A DNA stretch of 64,000 nucleotides from Candidatus Latescibacterota bacterium (GTDB taxonomy: Bacteria > Latescibacterota > UBA2968), in NCBI GenBank assembly GCA_965208125.1, contig OZ242320.1, positions 3,200,001 to 3,264,000 on the forward strand, given 5' to 3'. The position numbers and the translations under genes were made by a program. This document shows positions 9,074 to 19,114 of this stretch, piece after piece (position 1 is the stretch's first letter; each line of letters begins with the position of its first letter). Under the pieces are notes generated by a model. It had not been told where the DNA came from, did not search any database, and was given only the letters and a program-made list of their open reading frames with translations.

Positions 9074-10243
9074 ATGAAAAAGGCGCAATACAAAATACTC
9101 GTGGTTGATGATGAACCCGATCTCGAACATCTCGTAAGGCAGCGCATGCGGCGCGATGTTCGCGCCGGGCACTACGAATTCGTCTTTGCCTACAACGGCA
9201 TTGAGGCTCTCGAGGTGCTGAACGCGGATCCGGATATCGATATGGTGCTCTCGGACATCAATATGCCGCGGATGGATGGCCTCACGTTGCTCGAACAGAT
9301 GCCGACAGTCGATCCAGACCTCCGGGCTGTCATTGTCTCGGCTTATGGCGATATGAAAAATATCCGTACGGCCATGAATCGGGGGGCGTTCGACTTTGTT
9401 ACCAAGCCCATTGATTTTCAGGATTTGAGGGTCACAATTGAGCGCACTTTGGAACACCTGCAGATGTGGCGCGAGGCTGTGGCTTCGCGGGATAAGTTGG
9501 TGGCACTGCAAAACGAGCTTCGCGTTGCCCATGATATGCAGCAGTCTATCCTGCCGAAGACCTTTCCAGACAAAGCTGAATATCAGGTGTTTGGAAACAT
9601 GGAGCCTGCACGCGAAGTGGGGGGCGATTTTTTTGATATTATCAATCTGGAAAACGACCGTGTCGGTCTGGCAATTGCCGATGTTTCTGACAAGGGTGTA
9701 CCGGCTGCTCTATTCATGATGTCCAGTCGCACGTTGATGAAAGGAGCTGCAATTGGCAGATCGAGTCCGGCCGAGGTGTTGAGCGAGGTCAATAGTCTCC
9801 TGCAGGAAGACAACGACGCAGCGATGTTTGTCACCGTGTTTTATGCCGAATATAACCCGGCGGATGGGTCGCTGTCTTACGCCAACGGAGGGCACAATCC
9901 CCCGGTCCTCGTCCACGCGGATGGCAGCTCGACTGTGCTCCCCCAGACCAACGGAATTGCTCTGGGTATCATGCCAGATGTTGAATACGAACAAAACTCA
10001 GTCACTCTGTCGCCTGGCGATGCCCTTGTGCTCTACACAGATGGTGTCACCGAAGCCATGAATGCCCAGAATGAGGAGTTTGAGATGGAGCGCTTGTGTG
10101 CGGTATTGTCCGAGTATTGTTCGTGTGATGTCCGCGAAATTAATCAGGCAGTTTTTCAAGCTGTGCAGGCATTTGCGGGTGATATGCCCCAGTTCGACGA
10201 TATGACCTGTATGACACTTTTTTGTAGAGAGATAGGAATATGA
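9074..10243 (+). CDS. Response-regulator receiver plus PP2C/SpoIIE phosphatase (RsbU/RsbY-like)
   Basis: REC: VVDDE, LSDINMP, SAYG, KP. PP2C: VGGDFFD, IADVSDKGVPAA, YTDGVTEA, DDMT. Confidence 0.92.
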   Translation: MKKAQYKILVVDDEPDLEHLVRQRMRRDVRAGHYEFVFAYNGIEALEVLNADPDIDMVLSDINMPRMDGLTLLEQMPTVDPDLRAVIVSAYGDMKNIRTAMNRGAFDFVTKPIDFQDLRVTIERTLEHLQMWREAVASRDKLVALQNELRVAHDMQQSILPKTFPDKAEYQVFGNMEPAREVGGDFFDIINLENDRVGLAIADVSDKGVPAALFMMSSRTLMKGAAIGRSSPAEVLSEVNSLLQEDNDAAMFVTVFYAEYNPADGSLSYANGGHNPPVLVHADGSSTVLPQTNGIALGIMPDVEYEQNSVTLSPGDALVLYTDGVTEAMNAQNEEFEMERLCAVLSEYCSCDVREINQAVFQAVQAFAGDMPQFDDMTCMTLFCREIGI

Positions 10244-10662
10244 AGGTGAAACGTTCTCTATGTATTGCGTCGGATCTCAACGAGTTGGAGCGGCTTCACG
10301 ATGCCGTGGCAGAACTCGGCGAGGCGGGGGATTGGCCCCCCGATCTCGTGTATCAGGTTGATCTCGTCCTCGAAGAATTGATCGTCAATACTGTGAACTA
10401 CGGGTACGACGACGATGCACGCCACGAGATTGAGGTCACGCTGACCTCGGATGAGGATGTCTTTACAGTTGAGATTATAGACGACGGGCATGCCTTCAAT
10501 CCACTGAGTGACGCTCCCGAACCAGACCTGGACGCAGGGATAGAAGATCGGCCGATAGGGGGGCTTGGCATCCATCTGATGCGCGTTATGATGGACGATG
10601 TACACTATCGCCGCGAGCAGAATAAGAATCATCTTACTCTGATTAAGCGGAGGAATGGATGA
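10240..10662 (+). CDS. Anti-sigma factor serine kinase (RsbW-like, HATPase_c)
   Basis: LEELIVNTVNYG (N box), DDGHAF (G1), GGLGIHLM (G2); ATGA overlap with the upstream gene. Confidence 0.92.
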   Translation: MKVKRSLCIASDLNELERLHDAVAELGEAGDWPPDLVYQVDLVLEELIVNTVNYGYDDDARHEIEVTLTSDEDVFTVEIIDDGHAFNPLSDAPEPDLDAGIEDRPIGGLGIHLMRVMMDDVHYRREQNKNHLTLIKRRNG

Positions 10663-11831
10663 GCAGTACGCGCTACAGTTGTGCGGTTTTATTACTCGTC
10701 TTGCTGATTGTAGAAATTCGCGCGGAAGAATCCGGAATCTCTGACGAGCGCATCCTTTTTGGGCAATCCGCCGCCTTTAGTGGCCCCGCTCAAGAATTGG
10801 GTAAGGACATGCGGATTGGTATTGAGGCAGCTTTTCAGGAGGCCAACGCGCGGGGCGGCGTGCATGGTCGGCAGCTAATATTGTTGTCTCTCGATGACGC
10901 ATACGAACCCGAAGCTGCCATCGCGAACACCCGTCGCCTGATTGAACAGGAAGGGATTTTTGCGCTGATCGGTGCTGTCGGTACGCCTACATCGCTCTCT
11001 GCCACCCCTGTGGCCGCAGCTGCTGACGTCCCCTACATCGCCCCCTTTACCGGTGCTGCCTTCTTGCGTGAAGATAGGTGGCAAAACGTGATTAATCTGC
11101 GGGCGTCTTATAATCAGGAGACCGAGGCTATGGTCGCTCGCTTGACCACAGACCTGGGTATTAAACGCATTGCCGTTATGTACCAGGATGACTCTTTTGG
11201 TCGGGCGGGTTATCGCGGCGTGCGGCAGGCACTTGAGCGGCGTAGCATGGAACCTGTGGCAATAGGGGTGTACCAGCGCAATACCACGGCGGTGAAGACA
11301 GGTCTGCTCAATCTGCATAGTGCAAACCCCGATGCAGTCATCCTGATAGGGGCCTACCGGCCGGTGGCAACGCTGATTGCCTGGGCGCGACACATAGGGA
11401 TGGATCCCGTATTCATGACCATCTCCTTTGTGGGCAGCAATGCGTTGGCCAGGGAACTCGGTCGCGGTGGTGCTGGGGTCTTCGTTACTCAGGTCGTACC
11501 TTTTCCAACAGATAACACTCTCCCCGTTGGTATTGCCTATCGTCGTGCCCTAACGGCCCACGCCCCCGAAGCGACTCCTGGTTTTGTCTCCTACGAAGGC
11601 TATTTGGCGGGCCGATTGGCTATCGCTGCCCTCGAACGCTGTGGGGAAGAGGTTAACCGCACCCGGTTTCTCAAGAGTTTGCGCGGTGCAGATACTATTG
11701 ATCTGGACGGCTTTGAACTTCGCTATGGCGCAAATGACAATCAGGGTTCAGATGCTGTCTTTATCACTGTGATTGGCACAGATGGCAGTTATCGCTCGAT
11801 CCAAACTCTGCGGGACGCAATAAAGCCATGA
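10659..11831 (+). CDS. Periplasmic binding protein, type I, LivK/branched-chain amino acid-like
   Basis: Signal peptide; GQSAAFSGP, GGVHGR, LDDAYEP, GAVGTPT, RASY; no ABC permease or ATPase adjacent. Confidence 0.88.
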   Translation: MSSTRYSCAVLLLVLLIVEIRAEESGISDERILFGQSAAFSGPAQELGKDMRIGIEAAFQEANARGGVHGRQLILLSLDDAYEPEAAIANTRRLIEQEGIFALIGAVGTPTSLSATPVAAAADVPYIAPFTGAAFLREDRWQNVINLRASYNQETEAMVARLTTDLGIKRIAVMYQDDSFGRAGYRGVRQALERRSMEPVAIGVYQRNTTAVKTGLLNLHSANPDAVILIGAYRPVATLIAWARHIGMDPVFMTISFVGSNALARELGRGGAGVFVTQVVPFPTDNTLPVGIAYRRALTAHAPEATPGFVSYEGYLAGRLAIAALERCGEEVNRTRFLKSLRGADTIDLDGFELRYGANDNQGSDAVFITVIGTDGSYRSIQTLRDAIKP

Positions 11832-13990
11832 TCGACATACTAAAACACCTGCTTGAAGGCCGCTACCGAATCTCGACGCAACTCTATTTGGGTATTGGTG
11901 GTGCTGTTGTCCTCACTATGGGGGCGAGTCTGGTTGGCTGGTTTTCCTTCAACAGCGTGGGTGACGCGCAAAGTCGCGTGAATGAAGGCAGTGTGCCCGG
12001 AATGGCAGCCGCATTTGGCGTCGCTCAACAAAGCGGTGCCATTGTAGCCGCAGCACCGCGTCTAATCGCTGCTGCAACGCCAGAGACATTTAATCAGGTT
12101 ATTGCCGAGATCGCCACAGAGCGAAACACTTTTGAAGCGCAGTTGGCGGCTCTGACGCAGCAAGGTGAAGAAGAGGAACGCTTCAGTCGCATTCGCGCCC
12201 AGGGTGGTACTCTGATCTCAAATATTGAGGCAATTGAAAGTTCAGTAGCCGAGCTTTTTGTGCTGCAAGAACGGAGTGAAGCCCTGCGTGCAGAACTGGT
12301 TAAAGTGCGCAACGAACTGGTTGGTGTCATGGTTCCGCTTATTGACGACCAGTTGTTCTACGCTGTGACGGGGTATCGCAATCTCGGCGAAGCACCCGCG
12401 TCGCCTGCACAGCACTTGTCGAGACAAGAGTTCGACCACTATCGCCATCTGGCTGCATTGCAAGCAGACGCCACCACAGCAATCCAGCTTCTGTCGAGTG
12501 CTTTCAATCTTTCAGATGCGCCCCTGATTGAGCCATTGCGGGAGCGATTTGAGGCAGCTAAAGACAGGATTGAATGGAGTTTGTCGGCACTCGGAACGGC
12601 CCGTGCGCGCAGTCAGATCGCTCCGATATGTGCCCGCCTGTACCAGTTGGGGCTGGGGGAAGAAGGGGGCTTCGACCTGCGTACACGAGAACTCGAACAC
12701 GTCGCGCACCAGCGGGACCTGCTCGCACGCAATCAGTCTCTTGCCCTTAATCTGGTCGCCGAAGCCGAAGGGCTGGTAAATGCTGCCCGCATAAGTGCCA
12801 AGGAAGCCACCCTCGCTTCCACACTGGCCATCGGCACCGGGCGCAGTCTTCTATTGGTTTTGAATGTGATCAGCATTACTGGCGCGTTGTTGATCGCCTA
12901 TTTATTCGTGGGACGCATGCTATTGCCCCGTCTCGAGCGACTATCCGAGCGGATGCGCCGCATGGCTGATGGCGACCTGGAGGGCAAGGTCGAGATCGGT
13001 GGGAACGACGAGGTGGCAGACATGGCTGCAGCCCTTGAAGTCTTTCGCCGCCACGCTCTGGAGGTGCAGCGCCTGAATCTGGTGGAAAAACTGGCAGAAG
13101 AGTTGCAATCTAAAAACGAAGAGCTCGAAAAGGTGCTGGAGGATTTGCAGGTGGCGCAGGACCAGATTGTTATGCGCGAGAAATTGGCCGCGCTCGGCGA
13201 ACTCACTGCAGGTGTGGCGCACGAGATCAAGAATCCGCTGAATTTTGTGAAAAACTTCTCGGAAGCGTCGGAAGAGCTCATGGAGGAACTGGTGGAGGTA
13301 CTGGACGAAAGTCCCGAAGCACTGAGCGAGGAGCAGCGCGAATTGGTTGACGAGATATGCCAGGACCTCACCGACAACATGGGGCGCATCCTCCAACACG
13401 GCACCCGCGCCGACCGCATTGTTCACGATATGCTCATGATGGGGCGCGGCTCTGGTGAGAAACAGTCCATTGAAATCAATAATCTGCTCGATGAACACGC
13501 CCGCCTTGCCTACCATAGCGCACGGGCGACTGACGCGGATTTCAACTTGACTATTGAGACGGATTTAGATCCAGATGCGGGGCAAATTGAGGTCGTGCCG
13601 CAGGACCTGGGGCGCGTCTTTCTCAACATGGTAGGCAATGCCTGTTACGCTACCGATGAGAAACGGCGTGCTATCGAAGCAGATAATGGTGAGACCTATT
13701 TTCCGACCCTGTCGCTGAGTACCAGACGCATGGATGATCGGATAGAGGTGAGCATAAGAGATAACGGGAATGGGATTCCGCCCGAGGTTGTCGATAAAAT
13801 TTTTAATCCTTTTTTTACGACCAAACCGACAGATAAGGGCACGGGTCTTGGCCTTGCCCTTTCCAATGATATTGTGCGCGAACACGGGGGAAATATCCGG
13901 GTGGTATCCGAACCCGGTGAATTCACCGAGATGATAGTAGAATTGCCTTTGGTGCCGCCCGCAGTGACGACTGAAGAGGTAGCGAGATAG
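11828..13990 (+). CDS. Sensor histidine kinase with TorS-like helical periplasmic domain, HAMP, HisKA and HATPase
   Basis: Two TM segments flanking a ~290-aa helical sensor; HAMP (GNDEVADMA); AGVAHEIKNP, NMVGNA, DNGNG, PFFTTK, GTGLGL. Confidence 0.9.
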   Translation: MIDILKHLLEGRYRISTQLYLGIGGAVVLTMGASLVGWFSFNSVGDAQSRVNEGSVPGMAAAFGVAQQSGAIVAAAPRLIAAATPETFNQVIAEIATERNTFEAQLAALTQQGEEEERFSRIRAQGGTLISNIEAIESSVAELFVLQERSEALRAELVKVRNELVGVMVPLIDDQLFYAVTGYRNLGEAPASPAQHLSRQEFDHYRHLAALQADATTAIQLLSSAFNLSDAPLIEPLRERFEAAKDRIEWSLSALGTARARSQIAPICARLYQLGLGEEGGFDLRTRELEHVAHQRDLLARNQSLALNLVAEAEGLVNAARISAKEATLASTLAIGTGRSLLLVLNVISITGALLIAYLFVGRMLLPRLERLSERMRRMADGDLEGKVEIGGNDEVADMAAALEVFRRHALEVQRLNLVEKLAEELQSKNEELEKVLEDLQVAQDQIVMREKLAALGELTAGVAHEIKNPLNFVKNFSEASEELMEELVEVLDESPEALSEEQRELVDEICQDLTDNMGRILQHGTRADRIVHDMLMMGRGSGEKQSIEINNLLDEHARLAYHSARATDADFNLTIETDLDPDAGQIEVVPQDLGRVFLNMVGNACYATDEKRRAIEADNGETYFPTLSLSTRRMDDRIEVSIRDNGNGIPPEVVDKIFNPFFTTKPTDKGTGLGLALSNDIVREHGGNIRVVSEPGEFTEMIVELPLVPPAVTTEEVAR

Positions 13991-14034
13991 AAGGGAGTGG
14001 AGGCACTGTTCCATCATTATGGGAGGGAATAGCT

Positions 14035-15417
14035 ATGCGAACGTTCTTGAATATCTTTATTTATCGCCGGTTTACCAATCTGGTGGGAAAAACACTCGCG
14101 GTACTCGGCCTCCTTGCGTGTGCTACAACCGCCGCGCACGCAGCGGTTGACGAGGAAACGCTGTTTGTCTTCAACACCTTCTCATTCCTTATTTGGGGCG
14201 TGTTGGTGATGTGGATGTGCGCGGGATTTACCATGCTCGAGTCAGGTTCTGTGCGCACCAAGAATGCCTCCATGATTTGCTTGAAGAATATCGGCCTTTA
14301 TTCTATTGCCGGGCTTGCCTACTATTTCATCGGCTATAATCTCATGTACGTCGATGTGGAGAGTGTGATCGGTTCATTTAAGTTTTTATACGGACCGTCA
14401 GGCGATGAGATTGCTTTGATAGCGGGCAATGAGGCCGCGAAGGCGGCAGTGGTTAAGAACGGCTATTCCACCATGTCCGACTGGTTTTTCCAGATGGTCT
14501 TTGTCGCGACCACTGCGTCCATTGTCTCTGGAGCTCTGGCCGAACGAGTCAAGATATGGTCCTTTTTCCTTTTTATTCTGGTGCTGACAGCGATTATCTA
14601 TCCCGTCGTCGGTGCGTGGACCTGGGGCGAGGGATGGCTAAGTGCGATGGGGTTCAAAGATTTTGCTGGTTCGACCATCGTGCATAGCACCGGTGGTTGG
14701 GCCGCTCTTGCCGGTGCGATAGTCGTTGGGCCGAGGTTCGGCAAATTCCGCAGTGATGGTACAGTTAAATCCACGCCTCCCTCAAATATTTTGATAGTAA
14801 CATTGGGCGTCTTCATCCTGTGGTTCGGGTGGTTTGGCTTCAACGGCGGGTCGCAACTGGCATTGGGAAGCGCGCTTGACGTGGTCGCGATGAGTCATGT
14901 GCTGGTCAATACCAATTTGGGAGCTGCAGCCGGTGTTATGGCAGCTCTCTTAGTTTCTCGTCCCATCCTGGGACGCATAGATCTGTTTGCAGGGCTGAAT
15001 GGCGCAATCGCCGGTCTGGTGTCGATTACTGCGGGACCTGATATTGTTGAGCACTACTGGGCGGTCGTTATTGGTGCCATTGGCGCGGTTTTGTGTACTG
15101 CGGGGATCAAGTTTCTGGAAAAAATCAAGCTGGATGATGTGGTAGGGGCGATACCGGCTCACTTGTTCGCCGGTATCTGGGGCACCATAGCGGTCTGCAT
15201 CGCTGGCGGTGGCAACTTAGGCGTACAATTGATCGGCATCGTAGCGATTGGCGCATTCGTGTTTGTGACTTCGTGGGTGTTGTGGCGCGCGATTGATATG
15301 ACGTTGAGTGTGCGCGTGTCGCGCCAGGTCGAGCAATTGGGGCAGGATGTTGGAGAATTGGGAATTGATGCCTATCCCGAATTTGTGCTTATGCCAGAAG
15401 AAGATGATGAGGAATAA
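14035..15417 (+). CDS. amt: Ammonium transporter (Amt family)
   Basis: GFTMLESG, FFQMVF, DFAGSTIVH, WFGWFGFNGGS, DDVVGAIPAH (twin His intact). Confidence 0.93.
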   Translation: MRTFLNIFIYRRFTNLVGKTLAVLGLLACATTAAHAAVDEETLFVFNTFSFLIWGVLVMWMCAGFTMLESGSVRTKNASMICLKNIGLYSIAGLAYYFIGYNLMYVDVESVIGSFKFLYGPSGDEIALIAGNEAAKAAVVKNGYSTMSDWFFQMVFVATTASIVSGALAERVKIWSFFLFILVLTAIIYPVVGAWTWGEGWLSAMGFKDFAGSTIVHSTGGWAALAGAIVVGPRFGKFRSDGTVKSTPPSNILIVTLGVFILWFGWFGFNGGSQLALGSALDVVAMSHVLVNTNLGAAAGVMAALLVSRPILGRIDLFAGLNGAIAGLVSITAGPDIVEHYWAVVIGAIGAVLCTAGIKFLEKIKLDDVVGAIPAHLFAGIWGTIAVCIAGGGNLGVQLIGIVAIGAFVFVTSWVLWRAIDMTLSVRVSRQVEQLGQDVGELGIDAYPEFVLMPEEDDEE

Positions 15418-16358
15418 GCGCTGGCAAGAATCTTCTGCATATCCCCGGGGGGGCGTGCTCGAAAGACCATTTCTTCTTTTGTTACGGGATGCACAAATGT
15501 CAATTGAGTCGCGTGGAGCATCTGTCGATTAGTTTGTGCGAGCAGGTGGGCTGCTCTCCTGCGAAACAGGGGGGCAATCCCAGACAGCCGCTCCTCGCGT
15601 CCGCCGTATAGCAGGTCGCCAAATACAGGACGATTGAGATGCGCCAGATGTACTCTGATCTGGTGTGTACGACCCGTTTCCAGCGCGAGAGATAGCAAAG
15701 AGAGAAAATCGTAACGCGCCCTTATTTTCCAGTGCGTTGCCGCAAATCTCCCATTCTGAGAAACAGCCATTCGCTTTCGATCTTTTGGATGTCTTCCCAC
15801 AGGTGCTTCTACGCGCCCTTCATCTGCTTCAAAGCCCCCCCATATCAACGCGAGATAACGCCGCTCCATCGCTCGAGCTTCCAACTGGGCAGCCAATCCG
15901 CGGTGCCCTTCATCACTTTTGGCAACGACCATTAGCCCCGATGTGTCTTTGTCCAACCGATGTACAATACCCGGTCGCAAAACCCCATTGATACCCGATA
16001 AATGCGTGCAATGTGACAGGAGGGCATTGACGAGTGTTCCCGAGGTCACGGCCCCTGCAGGGTGTACTATCATACCCGCAGGTTTGTCGAGTACCAGCAC
16101 ATGATCATCTTCAAAAAAAACATCCAGAGGAATATCCTCTGGATTAATTGCACTATCTATTGGAGGGGGTATATCTATTGTGATGTTATCGCCAGCCACC
16201 ACCCGATAGCTCGACCGCGTCGTCTTTTCATTGAGGCAAACAGCACCCTCGGCAATTAGTTTTTGAAGGCGTGAACGCGAAAGTTCGGGGCGTTGATCGG
16301 CCAAATAGCGGTCCAGACGCTGGCCTTCATGTTGAGGCAGAATTTTTAGATGAATCAC
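15372..16358 (-). CDS. rluD: RluA/RluD family 23S rRNA pseudouridine synthase
   Basis: S4 domain (QRLDRYLA, SRSRLQKLI), VHRLDKDTSG, GRTHQIRVH; start estimated at GTG 16358. Confidence 0.9.
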   Translation of the reverse strand: MIHLKILPQHEGQRLDRYLADQRPELSRSRLQKLIAEGAVCLNEKTTRSSYRVVAGDNITIDIPPPIDSAINPEDIPLDVFFEDDHVLVLDKPAGMIVHPAGAVTSGTLVNALLSHCTHLSGINGVLRPGIVHRLDKDTSGLMVVAKSDEGHRGLAAQLEARAMERRYLALIWGGFEADEGRVEAPVGRHPKDRKRMAVSQNGRFAATHWKIRARYDFLSLLSLALETGRTHQIRVHLAHLNRPVFGDLLYGGREERLSGIAPLFRRRAAHLLAQTNRQMLHATQLTFVHPVTKEEMVFRARPPGDMQKILASAYSSSSSSGISTNSG

Positions 16359-16830
16359 GGTTGTACACCGTCTTACGGTGTTTAGGTGTGATGCCAAAAG
16401 CAAAAATTAAGAGGGCGGTTCCCACACTGACGCAGGCATCCGCGAGGTTAAAAACCCACCACCGAGCACTTCCAATGCCAAAATCGAGAAAATCAATTAC
16501 GACACCGAAGCGCACGCGGTCGATGATATTGCCGATTGCACCTCCCAGTACCAGAGTCAAACCAATGGTTGCGAGGCGGTCTTCGGGAGAGATACGCCAC
16601 AGCAACCCACCAACCACTATGAGTGCCACACAAGCCAGTAGCAGATGCAGGTATGGGTTGCCCAATCGGATGCCGAATACTGCACCTGGATTGTGAATAT
16701 AGGTCAGCTTAAAAAAAGATCCCAATACCGGTACAGATTCGCCCAGGGTCATGGTTTGCAACACCCACCATTTTGTAAATTGGTCCAGCACCAATGCCAC
16801 ACCTGTAATCCACAAAAATTTCACAAGCAT
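16327..16830 (-). CDS. lspA: Lipoprotein signal peptidase II
   Basis: DQFTK, NPGAVFG, GGAIGNIIDR, VIDF, VFNLAD. Confidence 0.95.
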   Translation of the reverse strand: MLVKFLWITGVALVLDQFTKWWVLQTMTLGESVPVLGSFFKLTYIHNPGAVFGIRLGNPYLHLLLACVALIVVGGLLWRISPEDRLATIGLTLVLGGAIGNIIDRVRFGVVIDFLDFGIGSARWWVFNLADACVSVGTALLIFAFGITPKHRKTVYNRDSSKNSAST

Positions 16831-16833
16831 ACC

Positions 16834-17205
16834 TCATGCCGATTTGTTTTGTTTTTCTTTACAAGGGACGCAAATTTCCGTTGTCGGTACAGCTTCCAAT
16901 CTCGCTCTGGGGATGGGATCTTTACACGCTCGACACACGCCAAATTTGCGATTTTTAATGCGCGTTAAAGCGGCTTCAATTTGGTCCAGATAAGCACCGT
17001 CGCGTGCTGCAAACAGAAAAGCCTTTTCGCGTTCCATGGTCGCATTGCCCAAATCGGGCATGTGATCTGAATACGTCAGGTCACCCGACGATTCTGCCGA
17101 GGTGGTCTGCATGGACTGGCTCTGCAAAGTGCCCAGGTCTTTAACGATAGAAGAGCGTTTGCTCTCTAAAAGATTTTTGAAATACTCCAGGTCACGGTTT
17201 GTCAT
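16834..17205 (-). CDS. DksA/TraR family C4 zinc-finger protein
   Basis: Coiled coil with DHMPD tip; CRAC...RLEAVP...CVPC. Confidence 0.88.
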   Translation of the reverse strand: MTNRDLEYFKNLLESKRSSIVKDLGTLQSQSMQTTSAESSGDLTYSDHMPDLGNATMEREKAFLFAARDGAYLDQIEAALTRIKNRKFGVCRACKDPIPRARLEAVPTTEICVPCKEKQNKSA

Positions 17206-17206
17206 T

Positions 17207-17671
17207 TTATTCCTTTCTATCCACAGCTTCCCAAATTTGACATGTGTTTTCTTTAATTAGCGCGTGTTGTTCCGGCCAAAAAAAAGTAGGCAGTGGATCA
17301 AGCGGAACCCAGGACATACTTTCATGGTGTGTTGTGTCGGTTGGCACGGCATCAATCTGTTCGGTTAAATATAAAAAATAATGTGTTATTTTCCACTCTG
17401 TCTTGCGAAAATCAAGCCGTTCTTTTGTGCCGAGTTTTTCTACGAGTTGCAATTTTGATATTCCCACTTCTTCTTCGATCTCTCGTCTGGCAGCATATTC
17501 GATTTCTTCGCCCGCTTCAATGTGTCCTTTGGGCAATACATAGTCGGTATGCCCTCTCTCTCGGGCGAGAGCCAACAATGCCTGATCGCCATCCCAACGC
17601 ACGACCACACCGCCTGCAGCATGACGTTCTCGCAACCCTTTGGGGCGTATGTACCAGCTATTGTCGATCAT
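17207..17671 (-). CDS. NUDIX hydrolase
   Basis: Nudix box GHIEAGEEIEYAARREIEEEVG; AAGGVV. Confidence 0.9.
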   Translation of the reverse strand: MIDNSWYIRPKGLRERHAAGGVVVRWDGDQALLALARERGHTDYVLPKGHIEAGEEIEYAARREIEEEVGISKLQLVEKLGTKERLDFRKTEWKITHYFLYLTEQIDAVPTDTTHHESMSWVPLDPLPTFFWPEQHALIKENTCQIWEAVDRKE

Positions 17672-17698
17672 AAAAGTTGTCAGTGGTTCTCGTCTTTT

Positions 17699-18580
17699 TC
17701 ACTTCCAGTACTTATCGTATAGAAGACCGAGTCTTTCTTTTGCCGCGCTGGAAATAGCATCTGGCGATGTAATAATCGCAAATTGTGCGGCATTGAGACA
17801 ATCGCAATCCGATGTTCTGGGCAACTGTGCAGCCAATGTGCATACAATTTGATTTGCGTGCTCGGCATTGGCTTTTAATACAGCGACTACGGCTTCTACC
17901 GATACATCTTCTTCTGCTTCATGCCAGCAATCGTAATCGGTGCCCATAGCCAGCATCGCATAACACATTTCGGCCTCGCGTGCGAGCTTGGCTTCAGGCA
18001 AAGCCGTCATCCCGATCACGGTCGCATTGACTTCTCGACGATAAAAATGGGACTCTGCGCGCGTGGAGAACTGAGGCCCTTCCATACAGATATAGGTTCC
18101 GCCATCGTGGGTGGTTACTCCGGAGTTTTTTGCAGCGGCCAGCAGTAAGTCGCGCAATTCACCGCAAAAAGGATCGGCAAAGGTTACATGTCCGGCAATG
18201 CCTTCACCAAAAAATGTGCTCGCACGGATGCCACGGGTGCGATCAAAAATCTGGTCGGGCACCACCATATCACCCGGTTTTATGGCTTCCCGCATAATTC
18301 CCACAGCACTTATCGCCAACAGATGCGTCACGCCCATCTGTTTCATGGCATATATATTGGCGCGATAGGGCACTTCAGAAGGCAGCAGCACATGCCCGCG
18401 TCCATGACGGGGCAAAAAATATACCGTTTGGTCGCCTATACGCGTTTCTACAACTGCATCTGAAGGCTTGCCAAAAGGTGTGGCAAGACGATGTTCGGCT
18501 ACGATTTCCACACCTTCCATGTGATAAACCCCCGATCCGCCCATAACACCCAGTCGAAGAATCTGTTCAGGCATCTTCAT
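17699..18580 (-). CDS. mtnP: S-methyl-5'-thioadenosine phosphorylase
   Basis: GGSG, TPFGKPS, PRHGRGH, EGPQFSTRAES, GMT, TDYDCWH. Confidence 0.92.
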   Translation of the reverse strand: MKMPEQILRLGVMGGSGVYHMEGVEIVAEHRLATPFGKPSDAVVETRIGDQTVYFLPRHGRGHVLLPSEVPYRANIYAMKQMGVTHLLAISAVGIMREAIKPGDMVVPDQIFDRTRGIRASTFFGEGIAGHVTFADPFCGELRDLLLAAAKNSGVTTHDGGTYICMEGPQFSTRAESHFYRREVNATVIGMTALPEAKLAREAEMCYAMLAMGTDYDCWHEAEEDVSVEAVVAVLKANAEHANQIVCTLAAQLPRTSDCDCLNAAQFAIITSPDAISSAAKERLGLLYDKYWK

Positions 18581-19088
18581 CGCCCTGATCTGTGGCGTTA
18601 TCTTCTATTTCGGGAATATTCTCTTTTACCACATCGAAGGAGGTCATTTGCAATTGGTCCAAAAAATCAGTTTGAACCTGTACCAGAGCCTTAAACTTGG
18701 ACAAGAACATATTGCGTTGATTTTGTAACTCCACAAGCTCTGTGCGGATCTCATGCACCTGTGTGCGTGCTTTTTCAATGGCCCGATTGCTGCGGATTTC
18801 CGCTTCTTTCACAATTAGCCGCGCTTCTTTGTGCCCATTTTCCTTGACTTCTTCGGCCGTTTGTTGAGCAGTTCTGAGCATTTCCTGGAGGGTTTGCTCT
18901 ATTGACTGATAGTGATGCACTTCTGATTGCAACGCATTGAGAAATTCTTTTAGTTCGATATTTTCGGAGTTGAGATGTTCAACTTCAGTCGCCAGCGTTT
19001 CGAGAAATGTCTGCACTTCTTCTTGATCATAACCGCGCAAAGATTTCTTAAAAATCTGTTTGCGAATATCCTGTGGTGTGATGTTCAC
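18567..19088 (-). CDS. DivIVA domain protein
   Basis: ITPQDIRKQIFKKSLRGYDQEEV followed by a long coiled coil; GTG start. Confidence 0.9.
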   Translation of the reverse strand: MNITPQDIRKQIFKKSLRGYDQEEVQTFLETLATEVEHLNSENIELKEFLNALQSEVHHYQSIEQTLQEMLRTAQQTAEEVKENGHKEARLIVKEAEIRSNRAIEKARTQVHEIRTELVELQNQRNMFLSKFKALVQVQTDFLDQLQMTSFDVVKENIPEIEDNATDQGDEDA

Positions 19089-19114
19089 AATTTCCCTCCC
19101 TCAACAAGGGCTAT

